Below, in pieces: positions 16,160-26,291 of a stretch of 64,000 nt of DNA. Within the stretch, counting starts at the first letter, position 1. Each line of letters begins with the position of its first letter. The notes below the pieces were generated by a model. The model was not told the DNA's origin. It searched no databases and saw nothing but the letters and a program-made list of their open reading frames with translations. The position numbers and the translations under genes are program-made. Source of the stretch: a virus. The DNA is taken from the IMG/VR virus record IMGVR_UViG_3300025115_000004, positions 1-64,000 of that record; one strand, given 5' to 3'.

Positions 16160-16561
16160 TTACTCCAGCTTAGGTGGATTATAAGGTGAGGCATTCTTGA
16201 ACCCGTCTCTAATCTCTGGTATCCAGTGCTGATACATTGAAGAGCCTGTCAAGGTAGTAGTAAAATCATCAACGCAATATATCAGAGCGTCTGTGTGAGG
16301 GGATATATCATCCGCGGCCGCCTGTGTGAAGGCAAGCACAATTAAACCCTCAGATACCGGGTATACAACCTCAGCATCATAACTCTGAACGCCAGTGAGT
16401 ATTACCTCGAACTGGATGGCCGTTGCGTCAGCCTGAACGAATGACGGTGCCTGAATGCAGGTAGTAAAAGACTCCTGATCAGGCGGTGAAACCCCCCTAG
16501 CCAATGGCGTAGCCAAAGTCACAAGGAGCATGATCGAAAACAGAACTGTGATTTTTTTCAT
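16160..16561 (-). CDS. Secreted or exported protein
   Basis: Signal peptide MKKITVLFSIMLLVTLA. Confidence 0.6.
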   Translation of the reverse strand: MKKITVLFSIMLLVTLATPLARGVSPPDQESFTTCIQAPSFVQADATAIQFEVILTGVQSYDAEVVYPVSEGLIVLAFTQAAADDISPHTDALIYCVDDFTTTLTGSSMYQHWIPEIRDGFKNASPYNPPKLE

Positions 16562-16633
16562 GTCTCTGTGTGTTTAAATGGTTAAAAATCTCGACTGCAA
16601 TATAGTAAATAATTAATTTCCAAACAAATTTTT

Positions 16634-16800
16634 GGGCCGGGGAGTGGGAAGGATCTCAACCCTTCCCACGCCAGCCACTGGTGAACTCCGAACAGCTACG
16701 GACGGAATGTTTTCCCCCCGGAACTCCCAAGGGCTCTACAGGGGGACATCTTTCAGGTCGGTGAAAGATGGAGGTATTTTAAAGAACTTATATCAAATTA
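16634..16800 (-). ncRNA. Candidate structured small RNA
   Basis: GC-rich multi-hairpin intergenic block downstream of TATATTTG (16808-16815). Confidence 0.4.
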
Positions 16801-16846
16801 GACACTACAAATATAGTGATTATTTGATTCACCAAATAAAAATAAA

Positions 16847-17398
16847 TTATTTTTCAAGTTTACCCATTACTCCGCGATCAATCCTCTCCTTCACCCGGGC
16901 ATTAAGCCATAGCAAGGCCTCTTCCATCTTGGTAATAGCAAGTGCACCTTCTCTTGATGGAAACGCATTATTGAGCTTCTTGTGCCTGTCAATAAGGGCA
17001 ATAAGCAACTGCTCACTCTGAAGACCCGGTGTCATCGATCCGTCACTTTCCTTCTTCACAAATTGAATCCTCTGGAAAGAATTGTGATAACCGGTCTCGC
17101 CATTGTTGAACCCGGTACAGTTCTGAAAGTGATACTCATGAGCACCGCCATACTCATCACCGCCCCTTGCTGCAATAGTGATCTTATTGCTGGGAAACAC
17201 AGGGGACTGAAGTTTTGCGTCAAGAGGAAACGGCTCTCCCTCTGTCAGCAACAGCTCATGATAAGCCTCTTCGAATACCTCTTTCGGGCTCCACGACTCA
17301 TACCCATCAGGGTAAATAACACGATAACCTTCGCGGCCATCTTTAACAGCAGGCTCTGCCTGAATTGTTTTTGTTCCAATGTACTTTTTCATAATCAC
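16847..17398 (-). CDS. Acb2/Tad1-like nucleotide-sponge domain fused to an N-terminal KYIGTK...SWSPK domain
   Basis: C-terminal SREGALAITKMEEALLW hairpin motif; N-terminal YIGTKTIQAEP...GYRVIYPDGYESWSPKEVFEEAY. Confidence 0.6.
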   Translation of the reverse strand: MIMKKYIGTKTIQAEPAVKDGREGYRVIYPDGYESWSPKEVFEEAYHELLLTEGEPFPLDAKLQSPVFPSNKITIAARGGDEYGGAHEYHFQNCTGFNNGETGYHNSFQRIQFVKKESDGSMTPGLQSEQLLIALIDRHKKLNNAFPSREGALAITKMEEALLWLNARVKERIDRGVMGKLEK

Positions 17399-17413
17399 TT
17401 AATTTTTAAATAG

Positions 17414-17854
17414 TTAAAACGGACAATCGTTATCTTGCTTTGAAGAATTGACACTATAGTTCATAATCTGGATATTATCGTAAGAATAGCCCCTAGAGGA
17501 GTCTATCCTGTCTATAGACATCCCGGTCTTATGACGAGCTTTAAGCTCCATGTAACCGGTCTCCTGACAAAACTGGGTAAACTCCTCTATAGTCAAGGTA
17601 AACTCTTTCCTACGCCTCCTAGCATTATTCCTGAGAGCATTGAATGTATATGTGATAGGAATTCGTTCCTTGTCAATCCTAGAACGACACTTATAACAGT
17701 ATTTACCTTTACTAGGAGCTCGATCATTACGACACCATTTGGTAATACATTTCTGCTTATTCTTTTTGGTCATGTCAGAAATTATCCTTACATTTGCCAC
17801 GGTTAGGTTCATCAAATCCATCTGTTCGCGCTGGTAACGAGGAGGGGGCTTCAA
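17414..17854 (-). CDS. HNH-type endonuclease
   Basis: Zn-binding Cys pairs, SIDRIDSSRGYSYDNIQ...NSSK; true start probably downstream of the track start. Confidence 0.75.
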   Translation of the reverse strand: MKPPPRYQREQMDLMNLTVANVRIISDMTKKNKQKCITKWCRNDRAPSKGKYCYKCRSRIDKERIPITYTFNALRNNARRRRKEFTLTIEEFTQFCQETGYMELKARHKTGMSIDRIDSSRGYSYDNIQIMNYSVNSSKQDNDCPF

Positions 17855-17874
17855 AGCCCCCTCTGAGTTTTTAC

Positions 17875-18561
17875 TTACTTCTTCTTACTCTTTTTCGGAG
17901 TTTTCTCTACCGGAGGTACTTCATCTACCAGAGGAGCCTGACTAGCGGACGCATCAGCTATAGGGTCTTCAGCAGGGGCCATTCCTACCTGAGGAGCCTC
18001 AGAGCCCTCTGTTGCAGGAGCTCCCTGAGCAGCACCCTCAATTACTGTACCATTGGGAGGTACAGGTTCCCCACCATTAAGAGCTTCAGCAACCCTGACA
18101 GCTTCATCCAGATCGGTTTCAGGAGACTCACCAAGTTCTGATGCTGCAGGCTCTTTCGAAGCTATTAACCCCCATACTGCATTATCTGTATCCAGAGTAA
18201 CTCCCACACAACCCGTGAACCACACCGCAAACCTTTTACGACCCTCTTCAGAGAGCTGGATAGCTGAGGTTATGAAAGGAGAAGTCTTGTGCTTCCAGCT
18301 GAACTGCTGATCATATTTCCATCCCTGTTCAAGATGTGTGGGAAGATAGATCGCATCGTATAGATGACCCAAGCTATTACTAATCGTATCTGAAAATATT
18401 AGCTTGTCAGTTAATTCCAAAAGAGCTTTTTGCTCATCGAATGAGAGGTCCTCCCATACAGGGAGTTTGAAGTTGTTACCCATGATGTCGTCATACTTAC
18501 ATAGAGTCTCATGAGCCATGATGGTAGCTATCTGTACCATTGAAATCAGATCCTTTTTCAT
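17875..18561 (-). CDS. Degenerate RyR-domain-like phage protein with acidic Pro/Ala tail
   Basis: AHE...G...PVWE...GWKY...KTSP...LSEE pattern. Confidence 0.45.
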   Translation of the reverse strand: MKKDLISMVQIATIMAHETLCKYDDIMGNNFKLPVWEDLSFDEQKALLELTDKLIFSDTISNSLGHLYDAIYLPTHLEQGWKYDQQFSWKHKTSPFITSAIQLSEEGRKRFAVWFTGCVGVTLDTDNAVWGLIASKEPAASELGESPETDLDEAVRVAEALNGGEPVPPNGTVIEGAAQGAPATEGSEAPQVGMAPAEDPIADASASQAPLVDEVPPVEKTPKKSKKK

Positions 18562-18590
18562 TTTTACAGTTTTTATGATGAGTGAATAGA

Positions 18591-19283
18591 TTACTCTACA
18601 GGGGTTTCTGTAGGCATCTCAGGAGTTGTCTCTACAGGTACTTTGATATCCTTTATTCCGGGAAGCTCCTCTCTCTTAAGCCTGTCATCTTCCTTCTCCA
18701 GCCATTTCATGGCTAGTAGTACATGAGTCATGGCAGAGTGATTAAGAGCATCGAACACATCTTTCTCCGAATAAACAGGATCACCTGCAGCAGAATTGAA
18801 GTAGTCATGTACAAATGACTCTAACTCGTAGTAAAGCTGAAGGATCTGATCTTTGTATCCATTCTGATGAAAATACTTGGCCTTGATAACCTTAAACTTG
18901 GGAACAGTTTTATCCGGCATAGCTGAAGACAGGTCATCTATATACTCCATAATCAGTAGAGCCTTCTCAAGCTCTCCTATGGATGAAGAGATATACAGAC
19001 TATGTTTGGTAACATCCAAATAGTCTAATTCTCTTTGGAGTGTTAAGAAAGTCTCATGAAAGGTTTGTGCATTTCTGTACAGATTTCCTTTCTCCGGATT
19101 ACTGAGAGTAGCCATGAAAGCTTTATCATGATACTGTTTATTGTAGTCACCCAGTTTACTGGAGACAATCTTCAGATTGGAGGTATGTACCTCAATAGCT
19201 TCCGAGTTAATGTTCACTGATTTCAAGAATGGAAGAATCATTCCTACAGTGCTCTTTCTGATTAAGAAGTTTTTTACGTTCAT
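18591..19283 (-). CDS. Hypothetical protein
   Basis: ORF track; TACATTTG promoter element near 19304-19311. Confidence 0.7.
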   Translation of the reverse strand: MNVKNFLIRKSTVGMILPFLKSVNINSEAIEVHTSNLKIVSSKLGDYNKQYHDKAFMATLSNPEKGNLYRNAQTFHETFLTLQRELDYLDVTKHSLYISSSIGELEKALLIMEYIDDLSSAMPDKTVPKFKVIKAKYFHQNGYKDQILQLYYELESFVHDYFNSAAGDPVYSEKDVFDALNHSAMTHVLLAMKWLEKEDDRLKREELPGIKDIKVPVETTPEMPTETPVE

Positions 19284-19533
19284 ATATTCATTATATTTTT
19301 ATGCAAATGTAAATTGAATATTTTGATATTCCAAATGTTTTTTCTTTTCTCTTTCACTAATTCTATAGGATGAGTTATATTATAGTTTACATATATAAGT
19401 TATAAAATACTTTAGTATTTTATTCCTTATAGGCGCGCGCGTAAGCGCGTACACGCGCGCGATTATATATTGTATATTGGGTAGTAGCGTCCCTTGGGCC
19501 ATTGGTCGTCAGGGTTGGAATTTTCCCGAAACA

Positions 19534-19791
19534 TAAGCGGAACGCTTACATAACATAAGCGAAACGCTTATGTTACATTTATACTGATAATCAATTACTT
19601 ACTATTTTCATTATGTCGATGTAAGCTAAACGCTTACATAATGTAAGCGAAACGCTTATGTACATAAGCTAAACGCTTACATTGACATAAGCGAAACGCT
19701 TATGTTCCATATGTATTGATAATCAATCAATTATATGTAACAAAATAAAAATGTAAGCGAATCGCTTACATTTACATAAGCGAATCGCTTA
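19534..19791. repeat. Eight copies of the palindrome TAAGCG-NNN-CGCTTA, phased at ~22 bp
   Basis: Copies at 19534, 19556, 19622, 19644, 19665, 19688, 19754, 19777. Confidence 0.9.
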
Positions 19792-19834
19792 TGTAATGAA
19801 ATTTGTATTATATTTGTCCCGTAAAACTTATGTT

Positions 19835-20170
19835 ATGAAGAAGAGTGTTACTTTTTATCTGGAGCAGGAGATCTTAGACGAACTCCTTATTATCGCCATC
19901 CAAAGAGGTACTACTCCCTCACAGGTTATCAGGGAGGCTGTAAGAACTATGGTGAAGTCTCAGACCAAACCTGATCCGATTGTATCCCTCAAATCTGATC
20001 CTATCTCCATACCGGGATCGGTGTTGACCGAGGGGGATATGTACAAACATCGCCAATTCTTCAAGGAGAAGGGTATCAACATAGCTGATGTCCTCAGGGC
20101 TCACAGAAGTAAATCTCGTGGTAGGCCTTACGACACTTCTATGGAACCTTACTTCATTTATCTGACATGA
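19835..20170 (+). CDS. Ribbon-helix-helix (CopG-like) DNA-binding protein
   Basis: MKKSVTFYLEQEILDEL...RGTTPSQVIREAV; TATATTTG promoter near 19809. Confidence 0.7.
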   Translation: MKKSVTFYLEQEILDELLIIAIQRGTTPSQVIREAVRTMVKSQTKPDPIVSLKSDPISIPGSVLTEGDMYKHRQFFKEKGINIADVLRAHRSKSRGRPYDTSMEPYFIYLT

Positions 20171-20457
20171 GTAAAAATAGTCAGGGGCGTAAGACCGGTC
20201 TAGATGCCGAGAAAGGCATGCTTGATGATTTGAACGTTATAGTCGATTTTGTTGTGGGTAATCAAAAATCAGAAGCTGTTGACATCAACAGTGAGACTCT
20301 AGCAGAGGCCTTAGCTTTTCTGGAGATTTACCCAAAGAACTGGGAGGCTCAGGCCGCTGCTATGAGGCAATTAAGGGTGTTAGATAAGATGGTAAAGGAT
20401 CTGATTGAGAAGGTTAGAATACTGCAGAAACGACAAGAATTGCGTATAAAGAAATAA
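20167..20457 (+). CDS. Hypothetical protein
   Basis: ORF track; ATGA overlap. Confidence 0.65.
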   Translation: MSKNSQGRKTGLDAEKGMLDDLNVIVDFVVGNQKSEAVDINSETLAEALAFLEIYPKNWEAQAAAMRQLRVLDKMVKDLIEKVRILQKRQELRIKK

Positions 20458-20473
20458 TGATTACCTTTGCGTT

Positions 20474-21112
20474 ATGGATAAGGATTGTGTTATAGTACAA
20501 ATCAATAAGGACCTTCTTACAATAGGTCCGGGTCCTGTGGCTTTTCCTCCTGAGGTCTTTGTTGAGGATACAACTGTAAGCGAATTTGGTGATCTGCCTA
20601 AGGGTGTGTATAAGTATAATGTCACCTCAGTGGGTGTTAATGGAGAGAGCTCTTCTTGTCAAGATATTATTGTTTACGCGCGATACGAGGATAATGCTAT
20701 TGTCCTCCGATGGAAACCTATCCCATTTATTAATGAGTACAGAGTTTACAGATCAAGTCAGGAAGGTCCTGATGGTTATTTTACTGTCTTCTCTATGGAT
20801 GGTTATTTCTGTGATGATGGAAGAGGGGTGCTGAATCAGGCCTCTATGTTGCCTCCTGCGCGAACCAAGGAGGTAAATTATCCCAGAAGTATCCACCGAG
20901 CAGCAGTTAAAGGGATTACCTCAGAGTATTTAGGGGGTATGGATATGGGACCTAATATGGCCTATGTCTATATCGAATTACATTCTGGGGAGATTATCTC
21001 TATTAACATAGGTAAGGTAGTGAATCAACCATGGATATCTACTTACCAAGGTCTGTTGAGAGCTGTCAGAACTTTAGAAAAGTGGGTTGATGGCAACTAC
21101 GAAGGCGCGTGA
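20474..21112 (+). CDS. FN3/Ig-like virion-associated protein
   Basis: YKYNVTSV...GES...LRW...YRVYRS pattern. Confidence 0.5.
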   Translation: MDKDCVIVQINKDLLTIGPGPVAFPPEVFVEDTTVSEFGDLPKGVYKYNVTSVGVNGESSSCQDIIVYARYEDNAIVLRWKPIPFINEYRVYRSSQEGPDGYFTVFSMDGYFCDDGRGVLNQASMLPPARTKEVNYPRSIHRAAVKGITSEYLGGMDMGPNMAYVYIELHSGEIISINIGKVVNQPWISTYQGLLRAVRTLEKWVDGNYEGA

Positions 21113-23381
21113 GAAGTATTTAAACTATCTCTACAAACAATATCAGAAAGGCCTGATAGGGCAGGATAAGCTTGAAGAGCTTAGACGGGAGGGTTATATC
21201 AAAGATGATGAACCTAAGGATGATCCAATCTCTCCAGAATTAAAACGAAGGGTACGTGAATTATCTTGGGACCAGTCCATGGACCCATTCTTGTCTTATG
21301 ATACTACACATTTCAAGTATAAACAGGAGATACGTAAAGATGATTGGTTGCCTGTAAGTGTTACCAGTCATGAGCAAGATTTTATAGACTGGATCAATTC
21401 TATGACTTATGGCTTCTTTCCTCACAGGATAGACTATAAGAAGTTCATTATGTATAAGGTTCAGGCTTATAGATGGTTACTGGATGATGACAACATAACA
21501 AGTTATCATACTGACGAGAGCCGCAGGGACTTTGTAAAGAGAGAGTATGACCGGTGTGCAGAGAATAGTCTTTATTTTGTGGATCGTTATGGGGAACTGA
21601 AAGAAGGTGATATCTCTTCAGGGTATGTGAAATATACGGCCAGAGAGCATCATGCTGTTATCTGTTATCTGTTTGATTGTGGTTACAATGTGATAGGTGG
21701 TAAAGGGAGGCAGATAGGATTTACTTCTATTATGGGGTTGTTGGCTGTTAAAAAGTTGATATTCCAATCCAATTACTATATAAAGTTTGTGACAGAGGAT
21801 AAAGAGACTGGTATAGAGATATTTACAGATAAGATTAAGTACCCATTCGGAGCTCTCCCCAGATGGATGCGCCCCAAGGTTAAGAGTGATAGTGGTACCC
21901 GGTTCTGGCTTTCTGACAAGATTCGTAAGGGGGAGAAAGGTTACCCCAATTCAAGGATTGATGTTATAGCCCCTAAGAATACTGCAATAAACGGAGGATC
22001 TCCTCAGCTGGTTCTTATAGACGAGATTGGTAACATAGGTATTCTTGGAGCTATGCTAAATGAAGGCCGTCCTACCATGTTTTGGAATAACCCTAAGACA
22101 GGTAAATTTGAGTTGAAGCGTCAGGTATGGATGTGGGGAACTGGAGGTAAGATGGAGAAAGGTGGGGGAGAGTATGAGAAAGAGTGGTACAGGATCTTAG
22201 GTTTGTGGGAAGCTAAGTCTAACCATAGTGGTTTTGTTCCTCTGTTCTTTAGTTGGCATTGTCGATTTGATGTTACAGAGTATGAGAAGGAGAAATCATG
22301 GTATTATGGAGCACGAGCTCAGAAAGAAGATATAGATCTAGAGACATCCAAGACACAATTTCACCAGCACTACCCATCTACATTTAATGATATGTTCCTT
22401 AAGACTGCCAGTACTTTGGTATCTCGGGAAATCATTGAAAGCGGTATAGACAGGTGTAGGAAGGTACCTGCCGATCTTCGTCCTGTATATGGCTACTTTG
22501 AGCCTGTATTTGATGAGAGTGATCCAATGCCTCCGGAGAGCGATGTACCTTACAGGATAATAGGTGCTAGGTTTGTGCCTGTATCTGATGAGGATATTAA
22601 GAAAGCCTCTGTTATCATATTTCAGCGTCCGGAACCCGGATGGCGACACAGATATTGGAAAGGTAGTGACCCAATAGCTACAGAGACAGGGCATTCTAAG
22701 TTTGCTTCAGTAATCTGGGATGATCTATACAAGACTATATCGGCTCTAGTCTTTTACCGCGTACAGCATGATCATAAGTATACTTTTCTACAGGTACTAT
22801 TGTTGGGGCTGTATTATGGTATGTCTTCTGACGGATCTGTGGATATAAAGGAGTTGGTAGAGGCAAACATCGGTACCAACTATATAGACTACACGGAGAC
22901 CAAAGGATATTTTCATACTCTCGTTTTCAACTCTCAACTTCCTACTAAGGTTGCGGGAGGTACCCGGCTTATAGGTATTGACAACAAGGGTACGAGGGCT
23001 GATGCTATTATCGATTACATGACGGAGGTGATAAGAGCTTACCATGATAGGTTTTATATATCTCTGATATTCGAACAGTTACATACTTTTGTACAGAAGA
23101 AGACAACTTCTGGTAAGGAGGTATGGGGGGTGGTCAATAAGACCATGCACTATGATGACGTGTTGTACGCCTTGGTTTATGCATACATATGCCGGTTATC
23201 TCACATGCATCTTTCTCCAACAAGGGAGGTGGCTTCTACCACGAGGTTTAAGGTTAGATATAAATTAGTTAGGAACGCTGCCAATGAGGTAGTAAGAGTT
23301 CCTGTCAAAGTACCTATATATGAGACTGTTACAGGTGCATCGCCATTAAATATTGATATATATGAAAATACGTCTGTTTGA
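21087..23381 (+). CDS. terL: Terminase large subunit
   Basis: Walker A GKGRQIGFTS, Walker B LVLIDEIG, coupling WGTGG, nuclease GSDPI and DDVLYA. Confidence 0.9.
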   Translation: MMATTKAREKYLNYLYKQYQKGLIGQDKLEELRREGYIKDDEPKDDPISPELKRRVRELSWDQSMDPFLSYDTTHFKYKQEIRKDDWLPVSVTSHEQDFIDWINSMTYGFFPHRIDYKKFIMYKVQAYRWLLDDDNITSYHTDESRRDFVKREYDRCAENSLYFVDRYGELKEGDISSGYVKYTAREHHAVICYLFDCGYNVIGGKGRQIGFTSIMGLLAVKKLIFQSNYYIKFVTEDKETGIEIFTDKIKYPFGALPRWMRPKVKSDSGTRFWLSDKIRKGEKGYPNSRIDVIAPKNTAINGGSPQLVLIDEIGNIGILGAMLNEGRPTMFWNNPKTGKFELKRQVWMWGTGGKMEKGGGEYEKEWYRILGLWEAKSNHSGFVPLFFSWHCRFDVTEYEKEKSWYYGARAQKEDIDLETSKTQFHQHYPSTFNDMFLKTASTLVSREIIESGIDRCRKVPADLRPVYGYFEPVFDESDPMPPESDVPYRIIGARFVPVSDEDIKKASVIIFQRPEPGWRHRYWKGSDPIATETGHSKFASVIWDDLYKTISALVFYRVQHDHKYTFLQVLLLGLYYGMSSDGSVDIKELVEANIGTNYIDYTETKGYFHTLVFNSQLPTKVAGGTRLIGIDNKGTRADAIIDYMTEVIRAYHDRFYISLIFEQLHTFVQKKTTSGKEVWGVVNKTMHYDDVLYALVYAYICRLSHMHLSPTREVASTTRFKVRYKLVRNAANEVVRVPVKVPIYETVTGASPLNIDIYENTSV

Positions 23382-23958
23382 TCCTACCGTGGTTGCTCCT
23401 GAGGAGTATCGTCATAAGTATCCGGAGATAGATAGAATTCCGGAATTCAATGATTTGTCTGCTAGGGCTCTAGTTTTTATATGGTGGTATGCTAACCCTA
23501 CTTCTCCTCTTGTGTTATCGATCATAGATGATTATGAGCGGGTTGAGGCTGCTATGAAGATATCAAAATTTAATCCCGGTAAGGGGGAAAAGGAAAAAAT
23601 ATTATCTTTGCAATTTGAGAACAATATGGCAATAGCCATAGATAAGATGTCTCAATTTGACCCCGGTATCCGCTACAAGGGATATAAAATGATAAAAACA
23701 TTATTTGAGCAGTACGAGGGGATCATTGCAAAGGGTACTGACGCTTTCAAGGTTGTTGAGGGTAAAGGAGATAATCAGGTATCTTATATTGACTATAAGA
23801 AATTTGTAGATACAAGCTCTAAGGTAGTTGAGGTTATGCCAGATCTTATTCAGAAGTTAGAGGAAGGTTTTGGGGTAATTGAAGCTAAGGATGAGGATGA
23901 GGATGATGGTTCTGGCGGTGTTCTTAGGGATTGGCACCGTAGTCGTAGTGATGAATAA
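23353..23958 (+). CDS. Hypothetical protein between terminase and portal
   Basis: ORF track. Confidence 0.75.
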   Translation: MIYMKIRLFDPTVVAPEEYRHKYPEIDRIPEFNDLSARALVFIWWYANPTSPLVLSIIDDYERVEAAMKISKFNPGKGEKEKILSLQFENNMAIAIDKMSQFDPGIRYKGYKMIKTLFEQYEGIIAKGTDAFKVVEGKGDNQVSYIDYKKFVDTSSKVVEVMPDLIQKLEEGFGVIEAKDEDEDDGSGGVLRDWHRSRSDE

Positions 23959-23972
23959 TAAAATACTTTGAT

Positions 23973-26162
23973 ATGATACAGTTACTTACAAGCCCGGCAG
24001 AGAGACCTAATAGGATCGAGACTCCGGAAGTGTTAAAGGGTGAAGAATATCACCTGAGGTATGCTAGGTGGGCCGTATGGACTGGTTCCTCCACGAAACA
24101 TTCTAAATATGTTAATGATTATGACACTAACTTGAAGTTTTATAAAGACGATCAGTGGTGTATGGATGAGGATCTGGATGCTTTCTTCAAGGATGAGGCG
24201 GGTAATGATCGTAACCGATTAAAGGTTACCCGTAATTACGTTCAACCTATGGTGGAGCAGTATAGAGGTAACGCAGAGCGTATGACTTTTGATATGAAGG
24301 CTATCAATATATCCCCATTAGCCAAAAGCCGAAGAGATAAGGCCTTAGCCAGAGCTTTGTCTTATAATCATATAGCTAGGACTTTACCGGGTTACGAGTC
24401 TCATCTTCAGGAGAGCAATGTCCCAATAGGTAATGACACTCAGGTTACTGATGTTTTTAATAATCTATATGTCGATAATTACACCATAGCACTTAACAGA
24501 ATCCTTAAGCATGGTAAGGACGTTAATAGGTTTGATGAAGCTAAATCATTATACGCTAGGGACTTAGCCTTAGCTGGTGTAGCTATAGCTAAACCTTATC
24601 CTCATGGTGGTGAGTGGATGTTTAAGAGGGTCTCTCCAGATCGATTCGGGTGGGATCGTAATGCTCAGGACCCCACTTTGAGGGATGCTGAATATTTCTT
24701 TGAACAGGACATTATTCCTACTCCTTCTATATTCGAACTTTATCAACATATACCTCACAATGTAAGGAAGGCTATTGAACAGCAGGCTACTTCTGTTGTA
24801 GGATCTACGGCTTCTATAGGTAATAAGTTTTTCTCTTTAGGTAGGACCCCGGTTTATACATCTGTATGGAAAGATATCATATACGAGAAGTATGGGTATG
24901 TGATGGATGAGTACGGCCAGAGGATATTGGTAAGAATCGATTATATTGAACCTAATCAGACTGAGCCCAAGTATAAAGAGAAGGATCTTATACCTCTAGA
25001 GAAGCTTACTGAATATCAGAAGAAAGTATTGAAAGGAGGTAATACGGCTTATCTTTATGTAGATCATTGGAGGTATTGTACATTCATCCCGGGAGAAGTT
25101 ATACCGGTTAAAGACGCTAGGGGGCGTATCATGGATGTGGCTTTGGACTATGGCGTTATTCCTTATCAGGAGCCTGATCTTTATAAGCCTACTAATATGG
25201 TGCCACCGTATAAAGTGGGGATATGGTCGTATATTGACGGAGAGGTTTTGTCTCCTGTGTCTGTGGTCATTAACCCTCAAAGGATGATAAACCGGTTTCT
25301 CTCTGTTATGGAGAATCATATAAACAATTCGGGGGGTTCTGGTGTGGTTTATGATAAGGACCTGACAGGAACCTCGCAGGAGGACGATATAAAAGCTGCT
25401 GTAAGTAGGGGCGAGGCTATAGGAGTGCATGCTAAGGGTAGGGGGGTAAACAATGTATTTGGTAGGTACGACAGTACTGTGAAGGAATCTATAGTGGCTT
25501 TTTCATCTTTGATTGAGAATTTTAAGTTAGGGATAGAACAGGTCACTGGGGTGAATGAGGGGGTTAAAGGGGAAACCAATAATCCTGATCAGTTGGTTGG
25601 GGTTATGCAGCTTATGATTCAACGCGGATTAATCATACAGGAACCATTCTATAAAGCTTTATCTGATCTTTATCAGGGATGTTATCAGAGCATAGCCTCT
25701 TCGGGTAGGAGGTATTATATCGATAATGAGGTAGAACTTATGGATATAGTGGGAGAGGATATGTCTTCAGTTATAAAGTTGTCTAAGGATATGCGTAATG
25801 AATCTATGCGCGTTACGGTTGTTCGTAATATGGATAGAGACAATGAGCGTGTGATGGTTGACAGTAATGTGATGACATGGCTTCAGTTTGGTCTTGTGGA
25901 TCAGGAGCTTGCTAGTAAACTTGTTGGTCGGGCTACCATGGAAGAAGCTTTATTCCATATGAGAGACTTCCAGAAGCAACTGGCAGTACTTAAGCGTAAA
26001 CAGCAGCAGGCTGCTGGGCAGGTCGCTCAACAGCAGGCTAACGCTACTGAGCAGGCTGGAAGGGTTGCCTACGGAGAAAAATTACGAGAGGAAATGAGGG
26101 AAGACTTTAATAGAGCCGCTGATAGGGGGGTACAATTAGCCTCTACTACTTCAGCGCAATAA
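23973..26162 (+). CDS. Portal protein
   Basis: Position after TerL, 729 aa, DDQW...N.VQPMVEQY.G, PQRMINRF, IEQVTGVNE and Q-rich C-terminus typical of podoviral portals. Confidence 0.85.
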   Translation: MIQLLTSPAERPNRIETPEVLKGEEYHLRYARWAVWTGSSTKHSKYVNDYDTNLKFYKDDQWCMDEDLDAFFKDEAGNDRNRLKVTRNYVQPMVEQYRGNAERMTFDMKAINISPLAKSRRDKALARALSYNHIARTLPGYESHLQESNVPIGNDTQVTDVFNNLYVDNYTIALNRILKHGKDVNRFDEAKSLYARDLALAGVAIAKPYPHGGEWMFKRVSPDRFGWDRNAQDPTLRDAEYFFEQDIIPTPSIFELYQHIPHNVRKAIEQQATSVVGSTASIGNKFFSLGRTPVYTSVWKDIIYEKYGYVMDEYGQRILVRIDYIEPNQTEPKYKEKDLIPLEKLTEYQKKVLKGGNTAYLYVDHWRYCTFIPGEVIPVKDARGRIMDVALDYGVIPYQEPDLYKPTNMVPPYKVGIWSYIDGEVLSPVSVVINPQRMINRFLSVMENHINNSGGSGVVYDKDLTGTSQEDDIKAAVSRGEAIGVHAKGRGVNNVFGRYDSTVKESIVAFSSLIENFKLGIEQVTGVNEGVKGETNNPDQLVGVMQLMIQRGLIIQEPFYKALSDLYQGCYQSIASSGRRYYIDNEVELMDIVGEDMSSVIKLSKDMRNESMRVTVVRNMDRDNERVMVDSNVMTWLQFGLVDQELASKLVGRATMEEALFHMRDFQKQLAVLKRKQQQAAGQVAQQQANATEQAGRVAYGEKLREEMREDFNRAADRGVQLASTTSAQ

Positions 26163-26291
26163 ACTTTTTTGTAAAAAGCAACAATATTTTGCTTGTATAA
26201 TGCAGAATAATAAGTATTTTTGTCATTGATAATAAGTAGGTTATATAAAAAATTACCTAAAAAATTAAGTAACCAATTAAAGTAATTAGCT

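Noticed and set aside
19534-19791. CRISPR array
   Set aside because: 15-bp units with 6-8 nt gaps, no unique 25-45 nt spacers in regular order, no cas genes.
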